Source: Mobula hypostoma (taxonomy: Eukaryota). Taken from it: a stretch of DNA of 64,000 nt. The DNA lies in NCBI RefSeq assembly GCF_963921235.1, contig NC_086101.1, positions 7,008,001 to 7,072,000 on the forward strand, written 5' to 3'. Within the stretch, counting starts at the first letter, position 1, and each line of letters begins with the position of its first letter. Below, piece after piece: positions 61,001 to 64,000 of the stretch. The notes beneath the pieces were generated by a model, which did not search any database, had not been told where the DNA came from, and saw only the letters and a program-made list of their open reading frames with translations. Made by a program: the position numbers and the translations under genes.

Positions 61001-63640
61001 CCCGTACTGACCACACTACCTACCCGCTAGACCCAGATAGCCCATTGACCCGTACTGACCTCACTACCTACCCGCTAGACCCAGATAGCCCATTGACCCA
61101 TACTGACCACACTACCTACCCGCTAGACCCAGATAGCCCATTGGCCCGTACTGACCTCACTACCTACCCGCTAGACCCAGATAGCCCATTGGCCCATACT
61201 GACCACACTACCTACCCGCTAGACCCAGATAGCCCATTGACCCGTACTGACCTCACTACCTACCCGCTAGACCCAGATAGCCCATTGGCCCATACTGACC
61301 ACACTACCTACCCGCTAGACCCAGATAGCCCATTGACCCGTACTGAGCACACTACCTACCCGCTAGACCCAGATAGCCCATTGGCCCATACTGACCACAC
61401 TACCTACCCGCTAGACCCCTCAGCCCATTGGCCCGTACTGACCACACTACCTACCCGCTAGACCCAGATAGCCCATTGACCCGTACTGACCTCACTACCT
61501 ACCCGCTAGACCCAGATAGCCCATTGACCCGTACTGACCACACTACCTACCCGCTAGACCCAGATAGCCCATTGACCCGTACTGACCACACTACCTACCC
61601 GCTAGACCCAGATAGCCCATTGGCCCGTACTGACCACACTACCTACCCGCTAGACCCAGATAGCCCATTGGCCCGTACTGACCACACTACCTACCCGCTA
61701 GACCCAGATAGCCCATTGGCCCGTACTGACCACACTACCTACCCGCTAGACCCAGATAGCCCATTGGCCCGTACTGACCACACTACCTACCCACTAGACC
61801 CAGATAGCCCATTGACCCATACTGACCACACTACCTACCCGCTAGACCCAGATAGCCCATTGACCCGTACTGACCTCACTACCTACCCGCTAGACCCAGA
61901 TAACCCATTGGCCCGTACTGACCACACTACCTACCCGCTAGACCCAGATCGCCCATTGGTCCGTACTGACCACACTACCTACCCACTAGACCCAGATAGC
62001 CCATTGACCCATTCTGACCACACTACCTACCCGCTAGACCCAGATAGCCCATTGACCCGTACTGACCTCACTACCTACCCGCTAGACCCAGATAGCCCAT
62101 TAGCCCGTACTGACCACACTACCTACCCGCTAGACCCAGATAGCCCATTGGCCCGTACTGACCACACTACCTACCCGCTAGACCCAGGTAGCCCATTGGC
62201 CCGTACTGACCTCACTACCTACCCACTAGACCCAGATAGCCCATTGGCCTGCACTGACCACACTACCTACCGGCTAGACCCCTCAGCCCATTGGCCCGTA
62301 CTGACCTCACTACCTACCCGCTAGACCCAGATAGCCCATTGACCCATACTGACCACACTACCTACCCGCTAGACCCAGATAGCCCATTGGCCCGTACTGA
62401 CCACACTACCTACCCGCTAGACCCAGATAGCCCATTGACCCATACTGACCACACTACCTACCGGCTAGACCCCTCAGCCCATTGGCCCGTACTGACCTCA
62501 CTACCTACCCGCTAGACCCAGATAGCCCATTGACCCATACTGACCACACTACCTACCCGCTAGACCCAGATAGCCCATTGGCCCGTACTGACCACACTAC
62601 CTACCCGCTAAACCCAGATAGCCCATTGGCCCGTACTGACCACACTACCTACCCGCTAGACCCAGATAGCCCATTGACCCATACTGACCACACTACCTAC
62701 CCGCTAGACCCAGATAGCCCATTGACCCGTACTGACCTCACTACCTACCCGCTAGACCCAGATAGCCCATTGGCCCATACTGACCACACTACCTACCCGC
62801 TAGACCCGGATAGCCCATTGACCCGTACTGAGCACACTACCTACCCGCTAGACCCAGATAGCCCATTGGCCCATACTGACCACACTACCTACCCGCTAGA
62901 CCCCTCAGCCCATTGGCCCGTACTGACCACACTACCTACCCGCTAGACCCAGATAGCCCATTGACACGTACTGACCTCACTACCTACCCGCTAGACCCAG
63001 ATAGCCCATTGACCCGTACTGACCACACTACCTACCCGCTAGACCCAGATAGCCCATTGACCCATACTGACCACACTACCTACCCGCTAGACCCAGATAG
63101 CCCATTGACCCGTACTGACCTCACTACCTACCCGCTAGACCCAGATAGCCCATTGACCCATACTGACGTCACTACCTACCCGCTAGACCCAGATAGCCCA
63201 TTGGCCCGTACTGACCACACTACCTACCCGCTAGACCCAGATAGCCCATTGGCCCGTACTGACCACACTACCTACCCGCTAGACCCAGATAGCCCATTGG
63301 CCTGTACTGACCACACTACCTACCCGCTAGACCCAGATAGCCCATTGGCCCGTACTGACCACTCTACCTACCCGCTAGACCCAGATAGCCCATTGGCCCG
63401 TACTGACCACACTACCTACCCGCTAGACCCAGATAGCCCATTGGCCCGTACTGACCACACTACCTACCCGCTAGACCCAGATACCCGTGTTTGGCACATA
63501 GCCCTCCAAGCCCTTTCCCTCCATGCACCTATCCAAATGCCTCTCACTGTAAGTGTTGCAGTGGTTCCCAGCTCGACCACTTCCTCTGGCAGCTCATTCC
63601 AGGGACTCACGACCCTCTCTGTGAAGATGTTAACCCTCAG
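55090..63640 (-). mobile_element. CR1-type 3' end hosting the minisatellite
   Basis: Right flank CACCTATCCAAATGCCTC..CCACTTCCTCTGGCAGCTCATTCC..ACCCTCTCTGTGAAG is the reverse complement of the FT.RVV..WNELPEEVV region; left flank GGGCCCCTCAGCCCA is a CR1 terminal hairpin. Confidence 0.8.
55124..63483. repeat. 48-bp minisatellite, about 174 units, 8.4 kb
   Basis: Consensus AGCCCATTG(G/A)CCCGTACTGACCACACTACCTACCCGCTAGACCCAGAT with sparse single-base variants. Confidence 0.98.
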
Positions 63641-64000
63641 CTAAGAAGGTCATTCGGAACAAACAGATGAATTATGAGAGGAAGCTGGCGACGAATATAA
63701 AAGAAGATATGAAAAGCTTTTTAAAGTATATAAATGGTAAAAGAGAGTCGAGGGTAGATATAGGACCAATACAAAATGACACTGGAGATATTGTAATCAG
63801 AGATGCAAAGATGGCAGAAGAACTGAATGCATATTTTGCATTATTCCTCACAGTGGAAGATGTCTGCAGCGTACAGGACATTCAAGAGTGTCAGGGAAGT
63901 GAAGCTGTGCAGTGAAAGTTACGATTGAGAAGGTGCTCGGGAAGCTTAATGGTCTGAGGGTGGATAAATCTCCTGGACCTGATGGAATGCACCCTCGGGT
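63641..64000 (+). mobile_element. CR1 ORF2 fragment running off the window
   Basis: YERKLATNIK..F.KYI..K; DKSPGPDG.HPR. Confidence 0.85.

Noticed and set aside
55124..63483. CRISPR-like or telomeric array
   Set aside because: No unique spacers, no cas genes, no TTAGGG repeats, and a eukaryotic context.
55130..63644. Long ORFs (up to 739 aa) of repeated TDHTTYPLDPDSPLAR
   Set aside because: Artefact of a 48-bp unit with one stop-free frame. The starts are TTG, the frame is repeatedly shifted by 47-bp units, and the unit derives from antisense CR1 3'UTR.

Overview
Repeat-saturated vertebrate genomic DNA. The TRIM gene style and the CR1/Penelope/Rex1/V-SINE repertoire suggest a cartilaginous fish, but that is an inference. 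One host gene could be assembled by hand: a six-exon RING-Bbox-coiled-coil-PRY/SPRY (B30.2) TRIM gene on the minus strand (37952..5135). Its CDS is 1416 nt (471 aa), all splice junctions are GT/AG and in phase, the last intron is 24.3 kb, and a perfect IRF/ISRE motif lies just upstream of the ATG. Almost everything else is nested retroelement debris: CR1, Rex1/Babar, Penelope-like GIY-YIG elements, an L1 3' end, an RTE derivative, SINEs and a mariner MITE. An 8.4-kb array of a 48-bp minisatellite grew inside a CR1 3' end and carries a G-quadruplex motif across most unit junctions. The most interesting signal is a set of at least 10 minimal type-I hammerhead ribozyme motifs in Penelope-like 3' ends. 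These include short fold-back insertions with 14-bp target-site duplications and inverted hammerhead pairs inside the TRIM introns, plus one inverted Penelope insertion that captured a Tx1 endonuclease fragment at its junction. Coordinates of degraded transposon fragments are approximate.
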